From Octopus sinensis (taxonomy: Eukaryota), in the NCBI RefSeq assembly GCF_006345805.1, contig NC_043009.1, positions 43,090,001 through 43,154,000 of the forward strand: DNA of 64,000 nt, read 5' to 3'. Made by a program: the position numbers and the translations under genes. Positions 37,126-50,558 of this stretch are shown piece after piece; within the stretch, counting starts at the first letter, position 1, and every line of letters starts with the position of its first letter. The notes beneath the pieces were generated by a model. It saw only the letters and a list, made by a program, of their open reading frames with translations. It had not been told where the DNA came from and made no database searches.

Positions 37126-37629
37126 ATGGTTTGTACTTGTTTCAGCCATTTGACTGCAGCCATGCTGGAGCACTACCTTGAAGGGTTTTAGTTGAAGAAA
37201 TCAACCCCAGGACTTGTTTTTTTTTAATACCTGATATTTATTCTATCAGTGCTTTTTGCCAAACTGCTAAATTACAGGGATGTAAACACACCAATACTAG
37301 TTGTCAAATGGTGATAGGGGAGCAAACACAGACACAAATATATATATGCATACACACACATACATACACACACACACACACACACATGCACACATACACA
37401 TATATACGGTGGGCTTCTTTGAGTTCCATCATCTTTGAGTTTCATCTACCAAATCCACTCACAAGATTTTGGACTGCTGGAGGCTATAATGGCTATAGTA
37501 GAAAAAATTTGTTATGCAGTGGGACTGAACACGGAACCATGTGGTTGAGAAGCAAGCCTCTTACCACACAGCCACACTTGCATATATGTATGTGTGTGTG
37601 TATATATATATATATATATGCATATATAT

Positions 37630-37684
<55 letters not shown>

Positions 37685-37695
37685 ATATATATATA

Positions 37696-37728
<33 letters not shown>

Positions 37729-37742
37729 GCATATATATATAT

Positions 37743-37788
<46 letters not shown>

Positions 37789-39697
37789 ATTAAATATATA
37801 TATATATATATTATATTTGATATATATATGCATATATAAAACTCATGTGCACCCAACACTACAAGTAGTTTTCTCACAATTCCAAAAATCTCAATGCTAT
37901 TTGTAACTATTGGACCAATCCGATTAATTATTCTCCACTTGCAATTATGTAAAACTATCATATTCCCACCTCACTCTTCTTCCCTCCTTCCTTCCTTCTC
38001 TTCCCCCACCCTTCCTCTCCCTCTCCAGAACATGTTAACTATAATTAATGTACATGCAATCGACAGCGTTATACAATTTTCTCCATATTATGTTTATTCA
38101 CATGCTGACGTTAGTGATGCTGATGATAATAATAATAATAATTACGATGATGATGATCATCATCATCATCGTGATCGTGATCGTGATTCATACATAAGCA
38201 AGCTAATGCACAAAAACACACACAAAAACACACACATACACACACACACACATTCACCATGAACATGCATATATACACATACATATACAAACATACTTGT
38301 CTTTGTACATAGACTCATATGTATGTTTGTATTTACGAATATTTACCTTTCTGTCCAGGCTTTATAATAAATTCACTTTAACCAGACACTAGTTCTCGTT
38401 AAAAATTTTTTATTGTTTTCAAAAATACATATACCATTTTGTTAATTTCTTTTATGAGATTAATATTCCTAAAGCCATGCCTTAATTATTTATTAGACTA
38501 TCACTCCAAACAGGACTTTTCGGAACTGCTCAAGTTATAAAACCAAATACAACACTCCCTCTATCTCTCTCAAACACTCACAATATACACACACACACAC
38601 ACACATGTATGTATGTATGTAAGTATGTATGTATGTATGTATGCATGTATGTATATATATAGGCGTATATATGTAGTTACACACATACACACACACATAT
38701 GTACATACATGTATGTATGTATGTATGTATGTATTATGTATGTATGTATGTATGTATGTATTTATGTATGTATGTGTGTATGTATGTATGTTTTATGTAT
38801 TTGTCATTTCCATTTGCAGTTAGAGCTTTTGAAATATATGTTTAATTCAATAAATTCTTGAATATTTGACAGATATAATAAAAGGCATATTCAACAGAAA
38901 TTACATTTATTTAAAATCCATTTTAAATTATTTAATACAAAAATAAAATTATTATTATATGCACAAAAATATTTAAAAAATTATTAAGGTTTGCATTTTA
39001 ATTGAAGGATTTCAAAACTTCTACAAACTAAACAGTTTCTCTAAATTCTTAGACAGGACAGATTCATTGAAGGTACCGTTCTAAAGTTAATGTAAATTAT
39101 AATGTAGCTCACATAATCCTCTATTTATTTTGACAATATTTTCTGCATTTTTGTGGGTTTACAAATTGCATTTTATGTAAGAAAATATTCTTGAAATAAC
39201 GAAATTTAATATTAAATTTATTTGAAAAGAGGTTTTTGAAGATTTCAATTTCTCTAGTGGAATTATTTCAATTTTTAAGTTCTGGCAACAACACCAGTAT
39301 ATCGGTGTCTTTGGTATTTTTCTAAAGAAGTGTCAAAGACAGGAAGTGTTATTTACCATTATTATGTTTAGAACAAAGCTACGTTTTTCTCTAGAGTACA
39401 AAACTAAGTGGATATTTTTTTTTTTTTAGATATGGAATTTATAATTTAATGGAATGAAAAGCTATTATCATGAAATTGTATTTTTTCAGACTATTCAGCT
39501 CATTTCTAGATATTCAGATTTTTTTTTAATCTTTACTGAGTTGCAGGTATGGTCATATAGCTAAGAAGTTTACATCACAAGATTTCAGGCTCAATCTTAT
39601 TATAAACCACTTGATCACATGTCTTTCGCCATAGCCCACGGTTAACAAATGCCTTGTAATGAGAGGATGAAACTACAATACATATACTTACACACAC

Positions 39698-39964
39698 CAG
39701 GGCCAGTTTTAAGCCAACTAGACTCATTTGTTCAAATTAGGCCCAGGCCAAGATAGGGGCCCATGCACATGCTCAAGCAGAGAATACTATGATGAATTTT
39801 TAATTACCATTGTGGCTAATGGTGGAGCCTCAAACCCTCAATGCTTTTTGGCTGAGACTGGCTTACTACATGAAGCATAAAACACAAATCTTCAGCTTTT
39901 ATAAAGCAGAGGGCCTCGCTAACAATTCTCTAACTGCGCCCTGACCTGCCTAGCACCACCCCTG
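39698..39964. mobile_element. hAT-like MITE
   Basis: Termini CAGGGCC.. and ..CACCCCTG. A second partial copy lies at 564-815. Confidence 0.55.
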
Positions 39965-40329
39965 CATAAACACACACTCACATATATATATTTGTATATT
40001 ATCCTCATCCTCATGATTTTAAAGTTCATCTTTCCATGTATGCATGGTTTGGATGGAATTTATTGAGGCAGATTTCCAATGGATGGATGCCCTTCCTGCC
40101 ACCAAACCTCACATAGTTCCAAGTAAGGTAGTATCTTTCCTTCACCCGACATGTTTTTATGGAGGATTAGAAAGGAAAGACATCACTTGCATGAGAATGA
40201 CACCTGCTAAAAACTGTCTCACAATGCCAAGACAAACAGCAAATAGTAACACATACATATTTACATATATAGGAGACACACGCAAACATGCATACACATA
40301 CAGATATACACATACAGATATACACAACA

Positions 40330-40369
<40 letters not shown>

Positions 40370-40632
40370 CATATGTTTTTTTAAATGGCTCTCAAGGATC
40401 AAATAGAGCTATAGATAATAGGATGTAAATATTGATTGAAAAAAATTTGGAATAGAAAAATTCAAAGGCTACCTTCCACTTTTTCTATCCAAAAGGGATT
40501 TTCAAACCAAGTATATATCATCTTATTATTGATTGCTTTATTTGAGCCTGCAGAGCCAATATTCATAAATAGAATTATGTCATCTCTCAAAAGGTTATGA
40601 CAACAAAATATACATATATACATAATATATAT

Positions 40633-40664
<32 letters not shown>

Positions 40665-40716
40665 CTAAGGGACATGCTCAACTGGTCATGGTCAAACAAC
40701 TGACTAATTATTATTA

Positions 40717-40760
<44 letters not shown>

Positions 40761-41023
40761 TAGTAGTATTAGTATTATTATTATTATTGTTATTAGCATG
40801 GCTGGCAAAATGCATAGCAGCATTTCATCTGTCCTTATGTTCTGAGTTCAAATTCTACTGAGATCAACATTACCTTTCATTCTTTCAAAGTCAATAAATC
40901 AAGTACCTGTTGAGTACTGGGGTTGATGTGAGCAACAATGCCCCACGCCAAAATTTCAGGCCTTGTGCCTATAGTAGAAAGGATTATTATTAGAAGTAGT
41001 GGTAGCAGTAGTAGAAATAGTAA

Positions 41024-41058
<35 letters not shown>

Positions 41059-41313
41059 TAGTAGTAGTATTAGTAGTATAGGAGTAGTAGTAGTAGTAGT
41101 AATAGTAGTAGTAGTAGTAGTAATAGTAGTAGTAGTAGTAGTAGTAGTAGCAGCAGCAGCAGCAGCAGTAAGAGTGTCTTAATCATCATCAGAATCATAG
41201 GTTCTAGAAAATAGCTTACCTTTTCATTCATAACCGTATGTTTTGCGTGTATATGTGTGCCTGTGTGTATGTATGCATGTGTGTGTGTGTGTCTGTCTGT
41301 GTGTGCATGTGTA

Positions 41314-41346
<33 letters not shown>

Positions 41347-41539
41347 TGTGTTGTGAGGATGTGTAAGATGGGTAACCAGGGTAGCTGAATAGGATGTCAT
41401 TCGTGATAAATAAATCCATCTTTAACAATAACTACCCCCACCTGCAACTTCCATCTGAATGCCAAGCAATCATCACAGATTAATTTAGTCAGTTTAATAT
41501 ATCTATGCATACATAAATATACATACATATGTATGTATG

Positions 41540-41571
<32 letters not shown>

Positions 41572-41767
41572 CGTACATACATATATATATATATATATAC
41601 GTACATACATATATATGTATATACATAAACATATACATGTGTATGTTTGTATGTCTAGATGTATGTATATAATACAACTGTTTTTCTTACAATTATCTCC
41701 GATTAACAGTGTGGTAGAAACTGAGGGTGGTATTTGTGATTTTTTGTTCTAGTTACCATTATTGTTG

Positions 41768-41799
<32 letters not shown>

Positions 41800-42025
41800 G
41801 GAGGTGGTGGTGGTGGTGGTGATGGTGCAATTTTTGTTATTATTATTCTCCTCAGAATCGCTGTAGGACTTCCATTGTTTCAGCTTGACTCTCTTTTCTG
41901 TGTGTCTTGGAATAAATTGAAGTCAATGAATTTTATAATGCTAAAAAAAGAAAAAATTATAAACTAAACCAAAAAATAGAAAGTGGAATAAGACAAGGAT
42001 ATTTTTACAGTTATTTTATTATTAC

Positions 42026-42083
<58 letters not shown>

Positions 42084-42868
42084 TTTGCTTGTCTCATTGT
42101 CAATTTGGGAGAGTTGAGGTATTACAATCTATATATATATATTTTTTCTTTACTCCATCACAATGCTCCAGCGCTTTGTCTGATAGTTGGCATTATTCTT
42201 CTTTATCCTTTGTCTGAAGAGTTACAGACCAGTGAAGTTTCTCAAACTGCAGAAAAAAAGAACCCCCAAAAAATCTGAAAACAATTTTATACATTTCGAT
42301 TGTAGGTTTTTTTTTTTTTTTAGTTTTCTGTTGTTTTTATTTTGTCTGTGCAATTTTCTTGCCAAATAATATCAAAAATCTCATACACTTCATAATGATC
42401 TTTCATTAAGTATTTTATATTTAAAAGTTCTTTTCGCTATTTAATTTTTATTTATTATTTTATTTAATTTTATGTTATTCATTCATTGTTTTTTTTTTTG
42501 TCTATTGTCGTTGATCAAAAAAATATCTTGTGGCAGAAATTCAGGTATTTCGTCTCGCACACATTGTCAATAACATCAAACGTTTCATAATTCCGTCCTT
42601 TGGATAAAACTGTTAATTTCATCATCATTATTATTACATTCATCATCATTATTATTACATTCATCATCATCATCATCATCATCATCAACAGCAGCAGCAA
42701 CATGATCACGATATGATAATATGATCATGATCACTTATTGTACTTATCATCTTTACCATGGTAATCATTGTCATCATCATCATCATCATTATCATTGTCG
42801 TCATCATTTTCATCATTGGTGTCATCATTGTCAGCACCATCAGTGTCATGATCATCATTATTATTTCC

Positions 42869-43085
42869 TTATTTCTTTATTGCCCACAAGGGGCTAAACA
42901 TAGAGGGGACAAACAAAGAGATTAACTTGAATGCATCGACTCAGTGCGTAACTGGTACTTAATTTATCGACCCTGAAAGGATGAAAGGCAAAGTCGACCT
43001 TGGCGGAATTTGAACTCAGAACATAATGCAGACGAAATACCGTTAAGCATTTCATCCAGCGTGCTAACGTTTCTGCCAGCTCGCC
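42869..43085 (-). mobile_element. Family C SINE (tail 1)
   Basis: Reverse complement of 58095-58329. Confidence 0.85.
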
Positions 43086-43465
43086 ATCATTACTATTCCC
43101 ATTGTTGCTGTCATCACCATCATCATCATTAACATCATTTTAATCCTTGGTGTCATCAGTGTTATGTTCATTATCTTCCTCATCCTCAACCCCCTCCTCC
43201 TCTTTAGCATCATTATCTTCCTCAATACTGTTATCATTATAATTATTGCTAATGTCTTCATTATTCAGCTCCATAATGACCATTCTACACCTCCCACCCC
43301 TTCAACCTCACCTTCCTCCCCTTCTTTATCATCATCAACACAACATCCCTATTATCTTTATTATCACCACTGTCTTCATTATTTTTTTTTACCTTTGTAT
43401 ACAAAGCATATGTCCCTTCTTTTGCAGTGTACACCGTGTATACTTTATTGCTTTTAATTTATTAT

Positions 43466-43878
43466 TACTCTCTTTTACTCTTTTACTTGTTTCAGTCATT
43501 TGACTGCGGCAATGCTGGAGCACCGCCTTTAGTCGAGCAAATCGACCCCAGGACTTATTATTTGTAAGCCAAGTACTTATTCTATCAGTCTCTTTTGCCA
43601 AACCGCTAAGTGACGGGGACGTAAACACACCAGCATCAGTTGTCAAGCAATGCTAGGGGGACAAACACAGACACACAAACACACACACATACATATATAT
43701 ATATACCTATATACGACAGGCTTCTTTCAGTTTCCGTCTACCAAATCCACTCACAAGGCATTGGTCGGCCCGGGGCTATAGCAGAAGACACTTGCCCAAG
43801 GTGCCACGCAGTGGGACTGAACCCGGAACCATGTGGTTGTTTAGCAAGCTACTTACCACACAACCACTCCTGCGCCTA
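43466..43878 (-). mobile_element. Full-length family A SINE
   Basis: Head, body and tail intact. Confidence 0.9.
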
Positions 43879-43989
43879 TTGTTTCATTATTTTATGTAAA
43901 CCCCAACACTTTATGTCTGTCTCTGTATTGTGTCCCTCATCCTTTGCCCTTGTGGCAAATAAATGAAATTTTATTTTATTTTTTATTTT

Positions 43990-44310
43990 TATCTTTATCT
44001 AGTTTCAGCTCACAAGCTGTGGCCATGCTGGGGCACCGCCATTTGGTGTTGCTACATGATTTTACTTCACGAATGCTTTTTAGCAATTGCCATTTGATGC
44101 ATGAGAGAGTTCGATGCAGCTGCCCTCATCTGCACCTCCTGCCGTGAAGTTGGTTCATCTGGGACACCTGACAAGAAGAGATCCAGTTTTATTTTAAAGA
44201 CATCTGCATCTACCCCATGAAGGTCTCTTAGGTTCTTCGGGAGGATATTGAAGAGCATGGGGCTCGGAAGCCCGGGCTATCACAGTATCTTGTCCTACAT
44301 CTTGATGGCA
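43990..44310 (-). mobile_element. CR1/L2-group LINE 3' end (ORF2 C-terminus plus 3' UTR)
   Basis: LFNILPKNLRDLHGVDADVFKIKLDLFLSGVPDEP..AASNSL, then GGCGGTGCCCCAGCATGGCCACAGCTTGTGAGCTGAAACTAG(ATAAA)n. Confidence 0.8.
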
Positions 44311-44311
44311 A

Positions 44312-44760
44312 AAGGGGCTAAACATAGAGGGGACAAACAAGGACAGACAAAGGGATTAAGTCGATTACATCGACCCCAGTGTGTAACTGGTACTTATTTA
44401 ATTGACCCCAAATGGATGAAAGGCTAAGTCGACCTCAGTGGAATTTGAACTCAGAATGTAGTGGCAGACGAAATACCACTAAGCATTTCGCCCAGCATGC
44501 TAACGCTTCTGCCAGCTCACTACCTTAGGGATTGCATAATATTCTTTTCTACTCTAGCACAAAGCCTGAAATTTTGGGGGAAGGGGTCCCAGTTGATTAG
44601 ACTGGCTCCAGTTGCATACTGGTACTTAATTTATCGACTCCGAAAGAATGAAAGAAAAAGTCGACTCCGGCAGAATTTGAACTCCAAACATAAAGACAGA
44701 CAAAATACCACTAAGCTTTTCTCCCTGCATGCTAACACTTCTGCCAGCTCACCATCTCGG
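44312..44760 (-). mobile_element. Two adjacent family C SINEs (tail 1 at 44312-44520; tail 2 at ~44535-44760)
   Basis: Both show CTGGCAGAA..GAGTTCAAATTC heads on the minus strand. Confidence 0.8.
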
Positions 44761-45029
44761 CTGATGTATGCTTTTGTGCAGCATAAGTACTAAGCATTGG
44801 TTAAGAGAAAGGGCACTCTTCTGCAACAAGACAGCACAAGACCTCATACTGCTTGAATGACCTGGAAAAAAAAAAAAAAAAAAACTCAAGGGATACAAGA
44901 GAATAAAATTAATACCACACCCAGCATCTGGGCCATACCTAGCTCCCTCAGAATGTTACCTGTTCCAATCCTTGGCTCCCTTCCTGTACTCGTGGCACAT
45001 CATCAACTAAAAGAAAATAGAAGCTTTAA

Positions 45030-45243
45030 CCCTTTAGTATTCAGATTATTCTGTAAAATGTAAAGCTTATGTATTCATACTATGTAAAGTTAATCTTGCA
45101 TCATTTCATGGCTTTGAGATTTCAATGATGTGATTGTTTATTTTTAAAATGACACAATAAGGTAGCTATGAATGACCATATCTGACTAGTTTGAACATAA
45201 AACAGGTAGAATATTTTGGCCGGATATGGCCGGTTTAAAAGGG
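45030..45243. mobile_element. piggyBac-like MITE
   Basis: TTAA|CCCTTT..AAAAGGG|TTAA. Confidence 0.8.
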
Positions 45244-45297
45244 TTAATGAAGGAATTCTTTGTCTTGAAGGACAAGAACTGGGACCAGCAGGAGATC

Positions 45298-45348
<51 letters not shown>

Positions 45349-45797
45349 GTACACACACACACATGTCTCTATGTGTATAAATACAAATACTGTTCATTGA
45401 TTCCTCCTAAACTAGAAACAACTCTGCTGGTTTCTGCCATGCATTTTCCCTTCCCCCAATAATTTACATTCTTATCTCTTACATTGTTATATTATTGTTC
45501 CATTATTATTTTATGGTTACATTATTAACTATCATTATTTAGAGGTTTCTGTTGTGGTTTTTACTTGTGTTATTGATTTTAGATTGCTTCTTAGTGCTAC
45601 AAATACGATCGTATGTGTGTGGGTATTTGTATATGTGTGTATCGAGTGTTTGAAGTAATGTACAAATATATGTGTGTGTGTGTGTGTGTGTATACATATA
45701 TATATATATATATATATGCACATATATATATGTGTGTGTGGTGGAGTATAGAGTGTTTGAAGTGATATACAAATATATGTGTATATATATATATATA

Positions 45798-45828
<31 letters not shown>

Positions 45829-46232
45829 AAATGTGCGTGTGTGTATAAAATGTGTGTATGTGTGTGTATAAAATGTGTGTGTGTGTATATAAAATGTGTG
45901 TGTATATAAAATGTGTGTGTGTGTTTGTATATGTGTGTGTAGTTATAGATCTACAAATATAGATATATATATGTATATGCAAAATTTCGTGCTTGCATAC
46001 ACATACACATGTATTATATCTATACAGATATACATATGTATGCATACATTTATATTTATAGACACACATGCACACACACACACACACACACACCACACAC
46101 ACATATATATTACGTATATATGTGTGTGTATTTATATATGTATGTGTATGTATGTATGTATATATGTATATATACATGTATGTATGGATACAATTATGTA
46201 TATACATCTATCTCTCTCTGTCCATCTACCCT

Positions 46233-46266
<34 letters not shown>

Positions 46267-47271
46267 CAGATGTGTGCATGTGTATGTGTGTGTATGTGTG
46301 TATGCATGTGTGTATGCATGTATGTGTGTATGCATGTGTGTGTGCATGTATGCGTTTGTGGTGTGTGTGTCTGTGTGTCTGTGTGTGCCGTCCACTATAC
46401 TTGACAAATGAAGGTTAATGGTTCCTAGTTATTCTACTTCTGAAAGGCTGGATGATGATGGTGGAAGGGGTTGGTGGGAGGTAAGGTAACAATAGCAAAA
46501 GTGTGGTAGAGGCGTAGGTGTGATCGTGTACATGTGTGTGCACACGTCTGTGTGTGAGTGTATGCGTGTGTGCATGCGTGTGAGTGTGTGTGTATGACAG
46601 GGAAAGGGGCAAATAGGGAAGGGGGACCAGGGTGTAAAAAAAATCAAATAAAAACTACAAACAAGAATTTTACTTGGATTTTATTGCTTCATTAAGCAGA
46701 AATAATACTCCACCCACCAATGTGTTTGATAGGGTAGTGTGGGGTATCGGTGGTAGGAATGGTGGTGGATGGATGGGTGGATGGTGTATGATGTTGGTGC
46801 TGATTGTGGCTGTGGTGGTAGTAGCAGTGGTTTTCATATCAGGGGTGAGATAGCAAATGATAAATTTAAAACCTTCTATGTTTGTATGTATTCTGTATAA
46901 TATTTACGATGGTATTAGTAGTGGTTCTGCTAATAGTGGAGATGGTAGTGGTAGTGATGGTGGTGGTTGATAGTTGTGTTTGTGGTAGTGGCTAAGGTGG
47001 TTGTGGCAGTGTTAGTAGTAGTGGTGTTAGTGCTGATGATGGAGTGTGGGGGTGATGATGGTGGTGATGGTAGCTGTGTTGGTGGTGACAGAGTGAGATT
47101 GCCGGTAGTGGTAGTGATGGTGTGGTGGTGTTGGTGGTGGTGGTGGTGGTGGCGGTCGTGGTTGTATGGGTGATAGTTGTGGTGATAGTGGTGTGGTGGT
47201 GTTGGCGATGGTAGTAATGGAGAGATCAGTTGACTGTCAATGGCGATATTAGCAGTGGTTGTGGTGATGTT

Positions 47272-47304
<33 letters not shown>

Positions 47305-48085
47305 GGTGCTGGTGCTGGTGCTGGTGGTGACTGTGGTAATGATGGCAAGATCACTTGACTGTCAATCATGTCGAAAGTAAAAGTCTGCTTTGCTTTATAT
47401 ATTCCATCTTTTTTTTTTCCATTTCTCCCTCTCTTCTCCCTACGCATTTTTTTTTTATTTGTTTCCTTTTTTTTCTTTTTGGCTTCCATTGATCTTTTAA
47501 TTAACTTATTTGCTGCTTTATTAGAGGCAATGTCATTAGGTTAAACATTATGTTTAATTTCCATCATCTCCCTTTTTTTCCCTCCCCCAACCCTCACTTC
47601 TGCTGTACAACACGACTCATTCTAGTCCAGTCCAGTCCAGTCCAGTCACACTGTAGCACCAACATCTTAGTGGCGATGACCAGTATATTTCAGCCTTCAC
47701 CATTTTATAGATTTTTCACAGATGGTTGACTTAATAAGGTGTTAGCTGTGACAACGTACTTGTCAAAAGGTGACAGTAGTTAATTTTCCATTGCCTGCAC
47801 AGTAGCAATGGAATATGAATAAGCTGTCCACATATGATTTCTGTTTTCTTCTCTGGTAAAGGGAAGACTTACTTCCAAAACAGGTAATCTTTACTTCACC
47901 TCATTGTGCACCATCTCACCAAAACACATCTGTTTCGCTTTGATTTCCTATCATAATTGATTCTTACAAAATATCGACATTAGCACTAACCTATTAACTC
48001 ATAAACGAGATGACGAAAGAGTTGCAAGAAATAACAACCAACTCTACCTCAAACCACTTAGTATTATGTTTTAAAAGTGATGGAT

Positions 48086-48434
48086 AGATGCAGACGTGGC
48101 TCTGTGGTAAGTTGTTTGTTTCCCAGCCACATTATTCCAGATTCAGTCTCACTGCGTGGCACCTTGGGTGAGTGTCTTCTGCTGTAGCCCCAGGCTGACC
48201 AAAACCTTGTGGGCGGATTTGGTTGATAGAAAGCTCATCACATATATATATATATGTGTGTATGTGTATATATAAATATATATATATGTGTATATATAAA
48301 TATATATATATATATATGGCCTGCTCTCTTAGCCAGCGGGGTGGCGTCATTCGAAGGCTAAAACAATGCGAACGCATTGTGACCAGCGATGTGTAACAAC
48401 ATCTGATGGTCTGGTCGGTCACGTGATCACGTGA
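48086..48434 (+). mobile_element. Family A SINE 5' half followed by a family B type-2 tail (48318-48434)
   Basis: Family A head, then (TA)n, then GGCCTGCTCTCTTAGCCAGCGGGG..CACGTGATCACGTGA. Confidence 0.8.
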
Positions 48435-48541
48435 TATATATATATTATATATCAAGTTAATCCAAACAAGAAAGCACAAAAAAACACAACAACGTGAGGA
48501 CGTGGAACAAATATATATATATATATATATAGATAGCTAGC

Positions 48542-48619
<78 letters not shown>

Positions 48620-48827
48620 CATATGCATATATTATTTTCTATCGAGGGCTTATATGCCCCAATATTAGACTATTTTCTTTAGCCAATACATGGTGATCAC
48701 TTAAAAGCTTATAAAATATTATTATTTACAGAATTGTCACTCATCACTGCTTCTCCATTTAATGCAAAATACACACACACACACACACACATATATCTTT
48801 ATATGCATATATATATATGCATATGTA

Positions 48828-48877
<50 letters not shown>

Positions 48878-49290
48878 AATATACTAACAGTTTAAGTATT
48901 TATACACAAAAGAGATGACCATTGACAGGACACCTTACATGCTAGAAAGGACAATCATATATTTATATATATATATATATATTATATATACATACATATA
49001 TATATATATAATATATATATTATCTGGTAGTGTCGGCTATAGCCTAGTCACCTGTATAGTTAATCAGGTGATACATGAAGGAGTCATACCCAATGACTGG
49101 TGTAGCAGCATAATAGTCAACTGCTACAAAGGTAAAGGTGATGCCCTAGATACAAATAATTACAGAGGTATCAAACTGTTGGATCAGGTGATGAAGGTTA
49201 CAGAGAGGGTCTGATGCTATATTCCTGGTAAGGCAGCTGCAGGAGAAATACCTAGCCAAAGATAAGCCCCTGTACCTGGCTTTTGTTGAC

Positions 49291-50511
49291 ATGGAGAAAG
49301 CCTTCGACAGGGTCCCCCGATCCCTCATATGGTGGTCAATGAGGAAACTAGGAATAGATGAATGGTTAGTGAGAGCTGTGCAAGCCATGTACAGGGACGC
49401 TGCTAGTAAGGTGAGGGTTGGAAATGAGTACAGTGAAGAATTCCGGGTAGAGGTAGGGGTCCACCAAGGCTCAGTCCTCAGCCCCCTCCTATTTATCATA
49501 GTCCTCCAGGCAATAACGGAGGAATTCAAGACAGGATGCCCCTGGGAGCTCCTCTATGCTGATGACCTTGCTCTAATTGCTGAGTCATTATCAGAACTGG
49601 AGAAGAAGTTTCAGGTGTGGAAGCATGGTTTAGAATCGAAGGGCCTTAGAGTCAACCTAGCTAAAACCAAAGTCGTAATAAGTAGGAAGGTAGACAAGTC
49701 ACAAACGCCTTCAGGTAGATGGCCCTGCTCGATCTGTAGAAAAGGTGTAGGTAGAAACTCTATCAGATGCACCAAGTGTAAGCTATGGACACATAAGAGG
49801 TGCAGCAATGTCATAGGAAGGCTAACTAGGAAGATGGTTTTTGTATGTGGCAGATGCTCGGGAGCATTAACCTCTGAAAATCTGCAGAAAACAACTTCCG
49901 TCACTTTCCAGGGGGAAAAACTAGAAGTAGTTGATAGCTTCCGTTATCTTCGTGACCAAGTCAGTAGTGGGGGTGGGTGTGCTGAAAGTGTAACGGCTAG
50001 AGTAAGAATAGCCTGGGCAAAGTTTAGGGAGCTCTTACCTCTGTTGGTGACTAAAGGCCTCTGTCTCAGAGTAAAAGGCAGACTGTATGATGCATGTGTA
50101 CGAACAGCCATGCTACATGGCAGTGAAACATGGGCCGTGACTGCTGAGGACATGTGTAAGCTCACGAGAAATGAAGCTAGTATGCTTCGTTGGATGTGTA
50201 ATGTCAGTGTTCATAGTCGACAGAGTGTAAGTACCTTGAGAGAAAAGTTGGACCTAAGAGGCATCAGATGTTGTGTGCAAGAGAGACGATTGCGCTGGTA
50301 TGGTCATGTGGTGAGAATGGATGAAGATAGGTGTGTGAAAAAGTGCCACACCCTGGCAGTTGAGGGGACCTGTGGAAGAGGTAGACCCAGGAAAACCTGG
50401 GTCGAGGTGGTGAAGCACGACCTTCGAACTCTAGGTCTCACCAAGGAAATGACCAGAGACCGAGACCTATGGAAGTATGCTGTGCGTGAGAAGACCCGGC
50501 AAGACCAGTGA
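49291..50511 (+). CDS. RTE reverse transcriptase ORF (C-terminal 406 aa, open) with an embedded C4HC3 PHD finger
   Basis: ORF track shows RT motifs KAFDRV, QGSVLSP, YADD and FRYL, plus the C-terminal RTE motifs LRWYGHV and GRGRPRKTW. It belongs to a truncated element. Confidence 0.85.
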   Translation: MEKAFDRVPRSLIWWSMRKLGIDEWLVRAVQAMYRDAASKVRVGNEYSEEFRVEVGVHQGSVLSPLLFIIVLQAITEEFKTGCPWELLYADDLALIAESLSELEKKFQVWKHGLESKGLRVNLAKTKVVISRKVDKSQTPSGRWPCSICRKGVGRNSIRCTKCKLWTHKRCSNVIGRLTRKMVFVCGRCSGALTSENLQKTTSVTFQGEKLEVVDSFRYLRDQVSSGGGCAESVTARVRIAWAKFRELLPLLVTKGLCLRVKGRLYDACVRTAMLHGSETWAVTAEDMCKLTRNEASMLRWMCNVSVHSRQSVSTLREKLDLRGIRCCVQERRLRWYGHVVRMDEDRCVKKCHTLAVEGTCGRGRPRKTWVEVVKHDLRTLGLTKEMTRDRDLWKYAVREKTRQDQ

Positions 50512-50558
50512 GAACAATCAAAATCAAATCATATATCAGAAAGCAGGGGTTAAGTGAC

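Noticed and set aside
42150-42250. Strong minus-strand acceptor (ttttttctgcag) followed by FEKLHWSVTLQTKDKEE*
   Set aside because: All frames close quickly and no recognisable protein results; isolated donors at ~12862, ~41215 and ~47868 could not be assembled into a gene model.
47786-47813. Perfect 9-bp hairpin TTCCATTGC/GCAATGGAA
   Set aside because: Too short for a pre-miRNA and expected by chance in 64 kb.
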